A stretch of DNA of 32,270 nt from an uncultured Ruminococcus sp. (GCA_902776495.1 CACYQK010000005.1:1-32270), one strand, 5' to 3'. Positions 18,903-27,792 are shown, counted from the first letter of the stretch. Numbers and translations: made by a program. Notes: generated from the letters alone by a model not told the origin.

Positions 18903-20510
18903 ATGAAGGTAAGTAAGGAAAAGTTTACGCCGGGCAGCGACGGATATGTCGATATCTCCTCCGGAGTTCCGACCGGAACAAACGGCAACCGTTATTCGGG
19001 TGACCCGGGTAATAAAAAGACCAAACTGATAATTATCATTGTAAGTATAGCAGTAGTAGTTGCCGCGGCGCTTGGTGTTGCGGGTTTCTGTTTGTTTAAT
19101 AACGTTAATCCGGCTAAAGCCGAAGAAGAAGCGACCAAGCCCTTTACCTTTACCGACCAAACGGTTATTTCGGGGATCGATGTTACAGGTATGACGCTCG
19201 ACCAGGCAAAGCAGGCGCTCAAAAAGGATGTTAAAAAGCTTAACAAGCCGATCGAGATCACCATTGACCTCGCGGGAAAACCGAAAAAACTGACCCAGGA
19301 CAATTTTACTTATACCTATAACATTGATCAGGTAGTTCAGCAGGCGTATAACGATGCGATCAATCCCGAGAAGAAGGTCAGTAAGGACGAGGTCAGAAGT
19401 TACACCGTGACTTCTACCGTTGAACAGAAGTCTATCGACAACAACGTAGCGGCGATCGAAAAGGAAATCGACGTCGCCCCCGTTGACGCGAAGGTTTCAA
19501 AGTTCCACCCGTTTGAGGAAAATAGGTTTGAATATACCGACCAGTCGGACGGACGCGAGATAGACAGCAAGGACTTGAATACCAAGCTTCAGAACGCGTT
19601 CAAAAACGGCGGTAATTTCTGTAAAATAGAAGCCAATATAAGCGAACTGCCTGCTGAGATAACAACGGATTATCTCAAGAACAATATCGTAAAGCTGGCG
19701 ACCTATGAGACCACGTCGACAAACACCTCTAACGGCACGCACAATATGAGCGTTGCGCTTGACGCCTGCAACGGATCTATCATAGGCCCCGATGAGGTAT
19801 GGTCGTTCAACGACTGCACAGGCGACTCTAACCAGGAAGAAAACGGCTACAAATCGGCGCACGTTATTTCCGAGGGCAAGCTGGTCGACGGTATCGGCGG
19901 CGGTATCTGCCAGGCAAGCTCGACAATATATAACGCCGCGATCCGCGCTAATCTTGATTTTAAGGAGCGCTATTGTCACCAGTGGGCTTCGGTTTATGTT
20001 CCGACGGGACTTGACGCGACGATCGACTATCCTAACCTCGACCTAAAGATTTATAATAAGAATAAAACTCAGGTATTTCTCGAGAGCGAGGTCGACGGAA
20101 GCACGCTCAAGGTCACATTCTGGGGCGTAAAGTACGGCGATTATGATGATATAAAAACCCATAACGAGATCTCCGACAGAGGCAGCTCGAGCTACACCGT
20201 AAGGGCGTGGCGCATATACCTAAAGGACGGCAAAGAGATAGACCGCGAGGAACTTTCAAAGTCGACCTACGATATGGACTACGGCGTAATGTTTATCGAC
20301 GCTGATTATGACACGGGCGCAAAATACTCTGACGAAGACGAAAGCGATTCCGACGATGATTCTGACGAAGGCGATGACGGCGGCGGAGACGAAGGCGGAG
20401 ATAACGATTCCGATGAAGACAGCGGCTCGGATTCTTCTCAGAGCTCGCAATCATCCGACTCCGGTTCATCCCAGTCCTCAGAGTCGGGGCAATCCGGAAC
20501 TGACGGATAA
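18903..20510 (+). CDS. VanW-family membrane-anchored protein with PG-binding-like domain and acidic/Ser-rich tail
   Basis: N-terminal TM; ISGIDVTGMTLDQAKQAL; VanW core WSFNDCTG..GIGGGICQASSTIYNAA..YVPTGLDATI..LDLK. Confidence 0.9.
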   Translation: MKVSKEKFTPGSDGYVDISSGVPTGTNGNRYSGDPGNKKTKLIIIIVSIAVVVAAALGVAGFCLFNNVNPAKAEEEATKPFTFTDQTVISGIDVTGMTLDQAKQALKKDVKKLNKPIEITIDLAGKPKKLTQDNFTYTYNIDQVVQQAYNDAINPEKKVSKDEVRSYTVTSTVEQKSIDNNVAAIEKEIDVAPVDAKVSKFHPFEENRFEYTDQSDGREIDSKDLNTKLQNAFKNGGNFCKIEANISELPAEITTDYLKNNIVKLATYETTSTNTSNGTHNMSVALDACNGSIIGPDEVWSFNDCTGDSNQEENGYKSAHVISEGKLVDGIGGGICQASSTIYNAAIRANLDFKERYCHQWASVYVPTGLDATIDYPNLDLKIYNKNKTQVFLESEVDGSTLKVTFWGVKYGDYDDIKTHNEISDRGSSSYTVRAWRIYLKDGKEIDREELSKSTYDMDYGVMFIDADYDTGAKYSDEDESDSDDDSDEGDDGGGDEGGDNDSDEDSGSDSSQSSQSSDSGSSQSSESGQSGTDG

Positions 20511-20523
20511 CAGGCATAATTTT

Positions 20524-20549
20524 AGGCGAAAAGCATCTGCTTTTCGCCT
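20524..20549. terminator. Hairpin between the convergent vanW and sprT genes
   Basis: AGGCGAAAAGCA-TC-TGCTTTTCGCCT followed by TTGTTTTT. Confidence 0.8.
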
Positions 20550-20555
20550 TTGTTT

Positions 20556-21041
20556 TTACTTTATCAAGGTCAGCTTCCCGCCGCATTTCCCGCAGCGGTA
20601 GTTGCCGGGGCGCTTTACAAGCGGAGAGAGCCTTTGCCGAAAAAACTCCTCGCCGCAGCCTTGGCATTTTATAACGTACTTGGGTTTTGGGAGCAGCTCC
20701 TCGGGCATACAATCCTCATCGGCGGCACGGACGATGTTCAGCTTATACGCTTCACTCACCTTTTGCGCCAGCTGCTTCCACTTGCCGGTGTGCTTCATAC
20801 AGCCGTAGCAGGTGTGGAGCTGTTCGTGAAGCACGGTTTCGATCAGCGTTTTCTCTTCAACGCGCTCGTCGAGCAGCTTAGAGGATATTTCAACGGTGTA
20901 TTTGTCACCGAGCCTTTTGCACAGACCGAGCCGCGACTGAGCTCTGTCGTTTACAATGTACTCAATGTTTTTCGCATATTTGATTTTGACGCGGTCGAGC
21001 ATAGCTTCACCCAGATACGCATATCTCTGTAAATCTCTCAT
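20556..21041 (-). CDS. SprT-like zinc metalloprotease with C-terminal Zn ribbon
   Basis: RLGLC, TVLHEQLHT, HTGKWK, CQGCG..YRCGKCGGKL. Confidence 0.88.
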   Translation of the reverse strand: MRDLQRYAYLGEAMLDRVKIKYAKNIEYIVNDRAQSRLGLCKRLGDKYTVEISSKLLDERVEEKTLIETVLHEQLHTCYGCMKHTGKWKQLAQKVSEAYKLNIVRAADEDCMPEELLPKPKYVIKCQGCGEEFFRQRLSPLVKRPGNYRCGKCGGKLTLIK

Positions 21042-21088
21042 ATTATCATCGCTTTGTTAATATAATAAAGTTGACGGGCAAATTTTTC

Positions 21089-21117
21089 TTGACAACATTG
21101 ATTAATGATGATATAAT
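21089..21117 (+). promoter_or_regulatory. Consensus sigma-A promoter of tRNA-Cys
   Basis: TTGACA-17 bp-TATAAT with TG extended -10, 15 bp before the tRNA. Confidence 0.9.
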
Positions 21118-21132
21118 AATCAGCGTTGATAC

Positions 21133-21207
21133 GGCGACATAGCCAAGTGGTAAGGCACGAGTCTGCAAAACTCTGATGCGGCGGTTCAAATCCGCCTGTC
21201 GCCTCCA
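21133..21207 (+). tRNA. tRNA-Cys (GCA), CCA encoded
   Basis: GGCGACA/TGTCGCC acceptor stem, D arm AGCCAAGTGGTAAGGC, anticodon loop CTGCAAA, T loop GGTTCAAATCC, U73 discriminator plus CCA. Confidence 0.97.
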
Positions 21208-21214
21208 GAAACGT

Positions 21215-21244
21215 AAGCACTCCGCAAGGGGTGCTTTGTTTTTT
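21215..21244 (+). terminator. Terminator after tRNA-Cys
   Basis: AAGCACTCC-GCAA-GGGGTGCTTT-GTTTTTT. Confidence 0.8.
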
Positions 21245-21280
21245 GATTAATTAAAATTTTTTGAAACCAAAAGTTTTATT

Positions 21281-21715
21281 ATGTCAAAAAGAATATACCT
21301 TGCCTCGCCGTTTTTTAACGAGCTTGAGCTTAATTGCGTTAAAAGGGCAGAGGAGATACTACACGGCAGAGGTTTTGAGTTTTTCAGCCCCCGGCTTAAT
21401 GAAGTCAGAGAGGACAAGGATAAAAACCCCTTGCTTTGGGCGCAAAGGACCTTTGAGCTTGACAGGGATAACATAGACTCAGCCGACGTTATGCTGATGC
21501 TTTACCACGGCGGATACAGCGACAGCGGAACAGCTTGGGAGTGCGGATATGCCTGCGGAAAGGGGATACCCGTCATTGCGGTTCACATTGACAAAGGCAC
21601 CGACGCGAACATTATGATAAGCCAAAGCTGCCGCGCGAACATCACGCTCGATGAGCTTAAAGACTACGACTTTGATAGTATGCCGAAAAAATCATTTGAC
21701 GGAAAAGTATTCTAA
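21281..21715 (+). CDS. Nucleoside 2-deoxyribosyltransferase / nucleotide N-hydrolase family protein
   Basis: IYLASPFFN, FFSP, FELDRDNIDSAD, DSGTAWECGYA..KGIPV. Confidence 0.88.
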   Translation: MSKRIYLASPFFNELELNCVKRAEEILHGRGFEFFSPRLNEVREDKDKNPLLWAQRTFELDRDNIDSADVMLMLYHGGYSDSGTAWECGYACGKGIPVIAVHIDKGTDANIMISQSCRANITLDELKDYDFDSMPKKSFDGKVF

Positions 21716-21725
21716 TATATTATTG

Positions 21726-21754
21726 TTGATTTTTTTCGCAAAATAGTATATAAT
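21726..21754 (+). promoter_or_regulatory. Putative sigma-A promoter of the CotH-dockerin gene
   Basis: TTGATT-17 bp-TATAAT. Confidence 0.55.
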
Positions 21755-21805
21755 AGATAATCATCATATGTGCTTAGTATCAATAAGCGCTTTTGGAGGA
21801 AAAAA

Positions 21806-23308
21806 ATGAAAACGAAAAAATTTCTGAAAAAATCCATTTCATTAATCATCTGCCTTTCAATAGCGGTAAGTGCGCTTTGCCTTATCCCGTCGGTTTCCGC
21901 GAAAGAGGAATATCAGGGCGAAAACCTTGACGTTCCGCAAATCAGGGTCACGACCGAAAACGGCAACGGCACAACGCTTCAAAAGGAAGACGGTTACGTA
22001 AACGCTCAAATCGAGATCAAAGATACCGATGAAACCGTTCTTGCAGACGCTGTTACATTCAAGGTTCGCGGCAACACCACCGCGCTCAGCTGGGTAACAA
22101 AAAAGGCTTATACATTTAAGTTCGCCAAGAAAAAGAACGTTCTCGGAATGGGCAGCGGAAAAAAGTGGGCGCTTCTTGCCAATGCTTTTGACCCCACGCT
22201 TTTGCGCAACTATACCGCGTTTGAGCTTGCGCGCGAGCTCGGTTTAGAGTATACATCAAATCAAAAATTCTGCGAGCTGTGGGTAGACGGCAGCTTCCGC
22301 GGCTGTTATATCATTTATGAGCCCGTTCAGGAGGGCAAGGACAGGGTCAACATCGACATCGAGTCAAACGACGGTAAAAAGGACTTTTTGCTTGAGCTTG
22401 AGCAAAGAAACGATGAGGAAGATGTGACCTACCTCACGGTCGATAATAAAAAGATAAGATTCGCTTTCAGCGAGCCCGAGGAGCCAAACGAGGAACAGCA
22501 GGCATATGTTCAGGGCGTTATGGACGATATCGTGGCAACCATCAAGAGTGGCAACCAGGAGGACATCGCACAGAAAATCGACCTTGATTCTTTTGTAAAA
22601 TACTTCCTTCTCAACGAGTTCTTAAAGACTCACGATTTTGACAGGACCTCGGTATACTTCTATTACAAGGACGGAAAGCTGTACGCCGGACCTGCGTGGG
22701 ACTATGACCTTTGCGCCGGCAACCAAAACGTTGACTTTGACGCGCGCGCAAAGAAATCAGCTTCGCCGAACGATATCTTTGCGAACGTCCACCTGTATAA
22801 GTATCTCGCGAACTACAGCTGGTTCAACGATATGGTCACGGAAGTTTACAGGCAGCATTACGATTATATCACCAACATCTTTGCCGACGGCGGCTTTTTG
22901 GACACCACCTACGAGCAGTACAAGGATATAATTGACCGCAACTATAACGAGGCGGGCTGGCTCATCACAAAATGGTGGTCCAATCATGTCAAAAAGCCAT
23001 ACGCGACCTATGCGCAAAACTACGATTTCCTCAAAAACTGGTTTGTAGAACGCAACGCGTGGATGAAGCTGCACTATAAGCCGTTTGGTGAATCATATGT
23101 AATAGGCGATCTCAACGGCGATGATTCGGTCGATGTTATCGACGCGACGTTGATTCAAAAATATGCCGCAGAAAGCGCCGCGCTCACCCCTGAGCAAAAG
23201 CTTATCGCCGATGTAAACAACGACAACGCTGTCGACGCCCTTGACGCGACAGATGTCCAAAAGTTCTCGACTGATAAGTTAGAAAATTTCAAAAAGAAAG
23301 TAATATAA
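21806..23308 (+). CDS. Secreted CotH-family kinase with C-terminal type I dockerin
   Basis: RBS GGAGG; signal peptide ending VSA; KVRGNTT..KKAY, KWALLANAFDPTLLRN, NEFLKTHD, GPAWDYD; dockerin GDLNGDDSVDVIDATLIQ..ADVNNDNAVDALDATDVQ (about 23105-23270). Confidence 0.92.
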   Translation: MKTKKFLKKSISLIICLSIAVSALCLIPSVSAKEEYQGENLDVPQIRVTTENGNGTTLQKEDGYVNAQIEIKDTDETVLADAVTFKVRGNTTALSWVTKKAYTFKFAKKKNVLGMGSGKKWALLANAFDPTLLRNYTAFELARELGLEYTSNQKFCELWVDGSFRGCYIIYEPVQEGKDRVNIDIESNDGKKDFLLELEQRNDEEDVTYLTVDNKKIRFAFSEPEEPNEEQQAYVQGVMDDIVATIKSGNQEDIAQKIDLDSFVKYFLLNEFLKTHDFDRTSVYFYYKDGKLYAGPAWDYDLCAGNQNVDFDARAKKSASPNDIFANVHLYKYLANYSWFNDMVTEVYRQHYDYITNIFADGGFLDTTYEQYKDIIDRNYNEAGWLITKWWSNHVKKPYATYAQNYDFLKNWFVERNAWMKLHYKPFGESYVIGDLNGDDSVDVIDATLIQKYAAESAALTPEQKLIADVNNDNAVDALDATDVQKFSTDKLENFKKKVI

Positions 23309-23311
23309 GCT

Positions 23312-23351
23312 AAAAAAACGGGCTGCCGCAACCAAGTGTTGCGACAGCCCG
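23312..23351. terminator. Terminator between the convergent cotH and ricT genes
   Basis: AAAAAAA-CGGGCTGCCGCAAC-CAAGT-GTTGCGACAGCCCG (T-tract on the minus strand). Confidence 0.75.
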
Positions 23352-23367
23352 ATAAATATTTAAATCT

Positions 23368-24234
23368 TTATTCCAAACCCGAAAGCTTTTCCATTTCTTT
23401 TTTGTCGACCTTGATATAGCCGTCCTTGATTGTTCTGCACTGCTTTACGGGGAATGTCTTAGGCGCGACGTCATCGGGGGTGTTGTCGAGCTTAACCTTG
23501 ACCGTGCGGGCGATAAGGTTGTTCTCAACGACCAAGCCCCTGCCGTCGGGAGTCTTGACGATAGCGCCTACCTTCGGCGTGCGCCTGATAAGGTCGGTGT
23601 ATGCGTCCTGTTCGTATTTGAGGCAGCACATCAGTCTGCCGCAAGTGCCTGAGATTTTGGTCGGGGAGAGGGACAGCCCCTGCTCCTTTGCCATTTTGAT
23701 AGAAACCGGCTGGAACTCGCCCATAAATCCGCAGCAGCAGAACGGCCTTCCGCAGATTCCCAGGCCGCCGAGCATCTTTGCCTCGTCCCTGACGCCGATT
23801 TGGCGCAGTTCTATCCTTGTTCTGAAAACAGACGCCAGATCCTTTACCAGCGCGCGGAAGTCGACCCTGCCGTCGGCGGTAAAGTAAAAGATTATCTTGC
23901 TGTTGTCAAATGTGTACTCAACGTTGACGAGCTTCATCTCGAGCTTATGGTTCTCGATTTTCTGCTCGCAGATCCTGAAAGCTTCTTTTTCTTTCAGCCT
24001 GTTTTCCGCTACCTTGTTAAGGTCTGCTTCCGTAGCGATGCGGATAAGCGGCTTTAGGGGATGGTTGAGCTCTTTTTCGTCTATTTTTTTGTTGGGGGTC
24101 GCGACCTCGCCGCACTCAAGTCCGCGCGTGGTCTCGACGATCACCTTGTCGCCGGCGCTGAGCTTGTTGCCGATGGGGTCAAAGTAATAAACCTTGCCGA
24201 CCTCTTTAAATCTTACTCCGATTACCTCTGCCAT
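23368..24234 (-). CDS. yaaT: PSP1-domain stage 0 sporulation / RNA-processing protein RicT (YaaT)
   Basis: VIGVRFK..GKVYYF, FTADGRVDFRALVKDLA..RIELRQIGVRDE, CGRPFCC, KISGTCGRLMCCLKYE; RBS AGGAGG; follows holB. Confidence 0.95.
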   Translation of the reverse strand: MAEVIGVRFKEVGKVYYFDPIGNKLSAGDKVIVETTRGLECGEVATPNKKIDEKELNHPLKPLIRIATEADLNKVAENRLKEKEAFRICEQKIENHKLEMKLVNVEYTFDNSKIIFYFTADGRVDFRALVKDLASVFRTRIELRQIGVRDEAKMLGGLGICGRPFCCCGFMGEFQPVSIKMAKEQGLSLSPTKISGTCGRLMCCLKYEQDAYTDLIRRTPKVGAIVKTPDGRGLVVENNLIARTVKVKLDNTPDDVAPKTFPVKQCRTIKDGYIKVDKKEMEKLSGLE

Positions 24235-25088
24235 GAGATCCTCCTGTATTCTCCGCACATCTGAGTTGTGAGGAGATTTATATTGATGTTTTGTTTGATT
24301 TTATATTTTGAGCTTTCGGTCAGTTCTATCATATCGAGCAGCTTTTTGCGCGTGAACTGTGCCGAGAGCTTTTTTGCGTATTTAGCGCTGTACTTCGCCT
24401 CTGCTCCCGAGAGCAGCGTTACGGCGTCAAAAAGGATAAGCTTTACACTTTTAAGAATATCATCGGACAGCGACTTGTCGCCGAGCGCTTTTAGCGCGAG
24501 CAGCAGGTCGTATTCTTTAAGCGAGAGAATACCGTCGATGATCTTCTCCGCCGCGGCTTTTGCCTCGTCCGAAATCTCCGCTTCGCCGCCTAAGTTTATC
24601 AGCGAACAGCGCGAGATTATCGTGGGCAGCAGCCCCTTTGCGCTTTGACAAAGCAAGATGAAGTATACCCCCGCGGGCGGTTCTTCAAGCAGTTTTAAAA
24701 ACGCGTTTTGCACGACCTCGGAAAACACGCTGTCCGCGTTTTCAAAGATATAAACCTTTGCGTCCGAGTCGTTCGGCAAAATATAGGCGTCCTTGCTCAG
24801 CTCGCGGATCTGGTCGATCGAGAGCGTTTTGCTCTTCCGCGAACCTTCGGGATAAACATAGCTTATGTCCGCGTGGGCCTTGTTCAGCGCGTTCCGGCAG
24901 TTTTTGCATTTGCCGCAGGGCTTTGTCTCGCCCGAGCACACCGCGAATGCCGAAAGGTAGGTTGCTAATTTCAGCGCGCTTTCGCCTCCGCCTTCAAGGA
25001 TAACGGCGTGCGGCAGCCTGCCCGATTCTGTTAAGTTGTTTATTGTACCGGCGGTTTTGCCGTCGGGGAATAACTCTTTTAATTCCAT
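24222..25088 (-). CDS. holB: DNA polymerase III delta-prime subunit
   Basis: GRLPHAVILEG, C..KPCGKCKNC..HAD, SIDQIREL, KVYIFENAD, QNAFLKLLEEPP, LLPTIISRC. Confidence 0.9.
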   Translation of the reverse strand: MELKELFPDGKTAGTINNLTESGRLPHAVILEGGGESALKLATYLSAFAVCSGETKPCGKCKNCRNALNKAHADISYVYPEGSRKSKTLSIDQIRELSKDAYILPNDSDAKVYIFENADSVFSEVVQNAFLKLLEEPPAGVYFILLCQSAKGLLPTIISRCSLINLGGEAEISDEAKAAAEKIIDGILSLKEYDLLLALKALGDKSLSDDILKSVKLILFDAVTLLSGAEAKYSAKYAKKLSAQFTRKKLLDMIELTESSKYKIKQNININLLTTQMCGEYRRISWQR

Positions 25089-25089
25089 A

Positions 25090-25560
25090 TCACTTGATGC
25101 TTACAATGTTGGTCACGATATCGCCCTTGTCGGTGATGTCGATGTATCCGTAGGTCGCGCCGTAGCCGTGGCACGAGCCGGGGTTCATAATGTACATACC
25201 CTCGTCGTACTCGTTCATAGCGCAGTGGGTGTGGCCGAAAAGCAGGATATCCGCCTTTTGCTCGCGTGCGGCGCAAACTATATCATATATGGTAAATTTT
25301 GCCTGAAACAGATGACCGTGAGTGATAAACAATGTCTTGCCGCAGATTTCAACGGTCTCTATGGGCGGCAGCTTGCTCGACCAGTCGCAGTTGCCGCGCA
25401 CGGCGATTATCTGCTTGTCTGTGAACTCGGTTTTAAGCGCTTCGACCTCCCTCGCTCCGTCGCCGCAGTGAACGATGACCTCGGCGGTCGGCTGAGAGGC
25501 GATAGCCTTTTTTAGGTTGTTATAATCTCCGTGAGAGTCTGAAACAACAAGAATACGCAT
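25090..25560 (-). CDS. YfcE/YsnB-family metallophosphoesterase
   Basis: MRILVVSDSHG, HCGD, VRGNCD, THGH, FGHTH, NPGS; true start at 25560, not 25674. Confidence 0.93.
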   Translation of the reverse strand: MRILVVSDSHGDYNNLKKAIASQPTAEVIVHCGDGAREVEALKTEFTDKQIIAVRGNCDWSSKLPPIETVEICGKTLFITHGHLFQAKFTIYDIVCAAREQKADILLFGHTHCAMNEYDEGMYIMNPGSCHGYGATYGYIDITDKGDIVTNIVSIK

Positions 25561-25571
25561 AAAATTCTCCG

Positions 25572-25599
25572 TTCTAAAACGCTTATATCCGCATAGTAT
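25572..25599 (+). promoter_or_regulatory. Possible sporulation sigma (SigE-like) promoter
   Basis: TTCTAAA-13 bp-CATAGTAT just before RBS GAGGTG. Confidence 0.4.
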
Positions 25600-25615
25600 A
25601 TCGTGAGGTGGTTTT

Positions 25616-25846
25616 ATGTCTGATAATAAAAACAAATTAATGAATGAGCTTTCAAAAAAACTCGGACTCAGCACAGCCGAGGTTACATCCGCCGCTCAAA
25701 AGGGCGATGTCCGAGGTCTGCTGAAAAATGCCGACAGCGAAGAGGCGCGGCAGTTTAACGAGGTCTTGTCCGACCCCGAAAAAACAAAGCAGGTGCTCAA
25801 CTCTCCGCAGGCAAAGGCGATAATGAAGCTCTTGGGTGAAAAATAA
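25616..25846 (+). CDS. Small helical hypothetical protein (76 aa)
   Basis: RBS GAGGTG, ATG; its stop abuts the next ATG. Confidence 0.8.
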   Translation: MSDNKNKLMNELSKKLGLSTAEVTSAAQKGDVRGLLKNADSEEARQFNEVLSDPEKTKQVLNSPQAKAIMKLLGEK

Positions 25847-26188
25847 ATGTCTGATATTCAGGATAAAATAAATCAGATCCTAAACGATCCCGAGGCGCTC
25901 AAGCAGGTGCAAAGCCTCGGCGCGCAGCTGGGCTTGTCGGGTAACGCTCCGGTAAACCAAGCTCCCGAGCCGCCGAATACAAACAGCGGCGATATGATGA
26001 GCGCGTTCGCTAAATTCGCGCCGATGATGAGCAGTTTTGCGGAGGATGACGACGTCAGCCGCCTGTTAAACGCGCTAAGACCGTTTTTGAGCGAGGAAAA
26101 GCAGCAAAAGCTCGACCGCGCTCAGCGCCTGATGAAGCTCGTCAAGATAATCCCGCTGATAAAAGACAGCGGAGTATTTGATCTATAG
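25847..26188 (+). CDS. Small hypothetical protein (113 aa)
   Basis: MSDIQDKINQILNDPE...LLNALRPFLSEEKQQKLDRA; TAAATG coupling with the previous gene. Confidence 0.82.
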   Translation: MSDIQDKINQILNDPEALKQVQSLGAQLGLSGNAPVNQAPEPPNTNSGDMMSAFAKFAPMMSSFAEDDDVSRLLNALRPFLSEEKQQKLDRAQRLMKLVKIIPLIKDSGVFDL

Positions 26189-26198
26189 GGGGAGTACT

Positions 26199-26498
26199 AT
26201 GCCCGGATTTGAAGAAGAGGCTTTTCAAAGAGCCCAGAGGATGAGCCGACCGCGCCCTCAAAATGAAAAGCGTGAAGCTCCGCCCGAGCCTAAAAAGCCA
26301 GAGCCCGAGATTTCTCAAACCCCAAAGAATAATTCTAAAGAAGAAATAAAATCCGAAACTCCGCCGCCGAAAACAGGGCTGATAGAAACCCTGTTCAAGG
26401 ACAAGGAAAAGAGCATAATACTCGCTTTGATCCTATTGTTGAGCGACGAGAACAACGATCCCTCGATGCTGCTCGCGCTCGCGTACTTGCTAATCTGA
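26199..26498 (+). CDS. Small hypothetical protein with Pro/Glu-rich middle and LILLL..LLALAYLL C-terminus
   Basis: RBS GGGGGAG, ATG 26199; third gene of a compact operon. Confidence 0.78.
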   Translation: MPGFEEEAFQRAQRMSRPRPQNEKREAPPEPKKPEPEISQTPKNNSKEEIKSETPPPKTGLIETLFKDKEKSIILALILLLSDENNDPSMLLALAYLLI

Positions 26499-26503
26499 AT
26501 TAA

Positions 26504-27694
26504 TTATCTGATCTGTCCGTCGCCGAGGATGATGAACTTGTTGCTGGTTAGCTCGTTGAGCCCCATCGGGCCTCTCGCGTGGAGCTTCTGGGTAGAGATA
26601 CCGATCTCCGCGCCCAAGCCGAACTCGCCGCCGTCGGTAAATCTTGTTGAAGCGTTCACATAAACCGCGGCTGAATCTACGCAGGCGGTGAACTTTTCTG
26701 AGCTTGCGTAGTCGCTTGTAACGATGCACTCGCTGTGACCCGAGCTGAACTTCGCGATGTGGTCGATCGCGTCGTCAAGACTGTCGACTACCTTGATAGC
26801 GATGATGTAGTCGAGGAACTCGGTGGCATAGTCCTCATCGGTCGCGGGAACGATGTCGCTGCCGAGGATGGCCTGTGTTTTTTCGCATCCGCGGATCTCA
26901 ACATTCTTCTTGTCGAGCTCCGCCTTGATTTTGGGAAGGATCTCCTCAGCGCAGTCCTTGTGGATGATAACGGTTTCGATCGCGTTGCACACGGACGGAC
27001 GTGAGGTCTTGGCGTTAAATACTATCTGAGCCGCCATTTCGGGATCGGCGCTCGCGTCAACATAAACGTGGCAGTTGCCCGAGCCCGTCTCGATAACGGG
27101 AACCTTTGAGTTGTTTACAACGCTCTTGATAAGCCCTTTTCCGCCGCGCGGAATGAGCACGTCGAGGTACTCTGAGAGCTGCATAAGCTCGGTCGCGCTC
27201 TGGCGTGTGGTGTCGGTGACGAGCGCTACGCAGTCCTCGGGAAGACCTGCGGACTTGATCGCCTCGCGCATGATCTCGGTGATCGCCGTATTAGAGTTGA
27301 TGGCTTCCTTGCCGCCGCGCAGGATGACCGCGCTTCCGGCTTTGAGGCAGAGCGCCGCCGCGTCAGAGGTGACGTTGGGACGAGCCTCGTAAATGATGCC
27401 GATAACTCCAAGCGGTACTGTGACCTTTTGGATCTTAAGTCCGTTGGCTATGGTGCGTCCGTCGAGTATCCTTCCTACGGGGTCGGCGAATGCCGCTACC
27501 TGCTCAACGCCCTGAGCCATACCTTCTATACGGCTCTCGTCAAGTCTTAATCTGTCGAGCAGCGAAACGGTCAGTCCCGCCTGCTCGCCGTTTGCTATGT
27601 CGACCGCGTTAGCAGCGACGATTTTATCGGTGTTGTCTCTCAGCGCCTTTGCGATAGCGTAAAGCGCGTCGTTCTTTTTTGACCCGGCGGTCAT
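26504..27694 (-). CDS. proA: Gamma-glutamyl phosphate reductase; N-terminus apparently truncated
   Basis: VPLGVIGIIYEARPNVT, LRGGKEA, IPRGG, SRPSVCNAIE, NASTRFTDG, ISTQKLHARGPMG. In-frame KKAARFL precedes the ATG, with no upstream start or clear RBS. Confidence 0.9.
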   Translation of the reverse strand: MTAGSKKNDALYAIAKALRDNTDKIVAANAVDIANGEQAGLTVSLLDRLRLDESRIEGMAQGVEQVAAFADPVGRILDGRTIANGLKIQKVTVPLGVIGIIYEARPNVTSDAAALCLKAGSAVILRGGKEAINSNTAITEIMREAIKSAGLPEDCVALVTDTTRQSATELMQLSEYLDVLIPRGGKGLIKSVVNNSKVPVIETGSGNCHVYVDASADPEMAAQIVFNAKTSRPSVCNAIETVIIHKDCAEEILPKIKAELDKKNVEIRGCEKTQAILGSDIVPATDEDYATEFLDYIIAIKVVDSLDDAIDHIAKFSSGHSECIVTSDYASSEKFTACVDSAAVYVNASTRFTDGGEFGLGAEIGISTQKLHARGPMGLNELTSNKFIILGDGQIR

Positions 27695-27792
27695 AAGGAA
27701 GCGTGCAGCCTTTTTTTTCGGTCGAGAATACAGTCCGGCGATAAAAACGAACTCGAATTCCCGACTGTATAAATAGGGTGCTGTATTTGATT

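Noticed and set aside
18903-20510. VanW as evidence of vancomycin resistance
   Set aside because: Stand-alone VanW-domain proteins are common in Firmicutes, and no van ligase or regulator genes are nearby.
21133-23308. Possible island integrated at tRNA-Cys
   Set aside because: No integrase and no duplicated tRNA 3' end seen; the tRNA has its own terminator and the neighbouring genes look native.
24960-25020. Degenerate Walker A in HolB (LEGGGESALKLA)
   Set aside because: Delta-prime is a non-ATPase clamp-loader subunit, so the degeneracy is expected.
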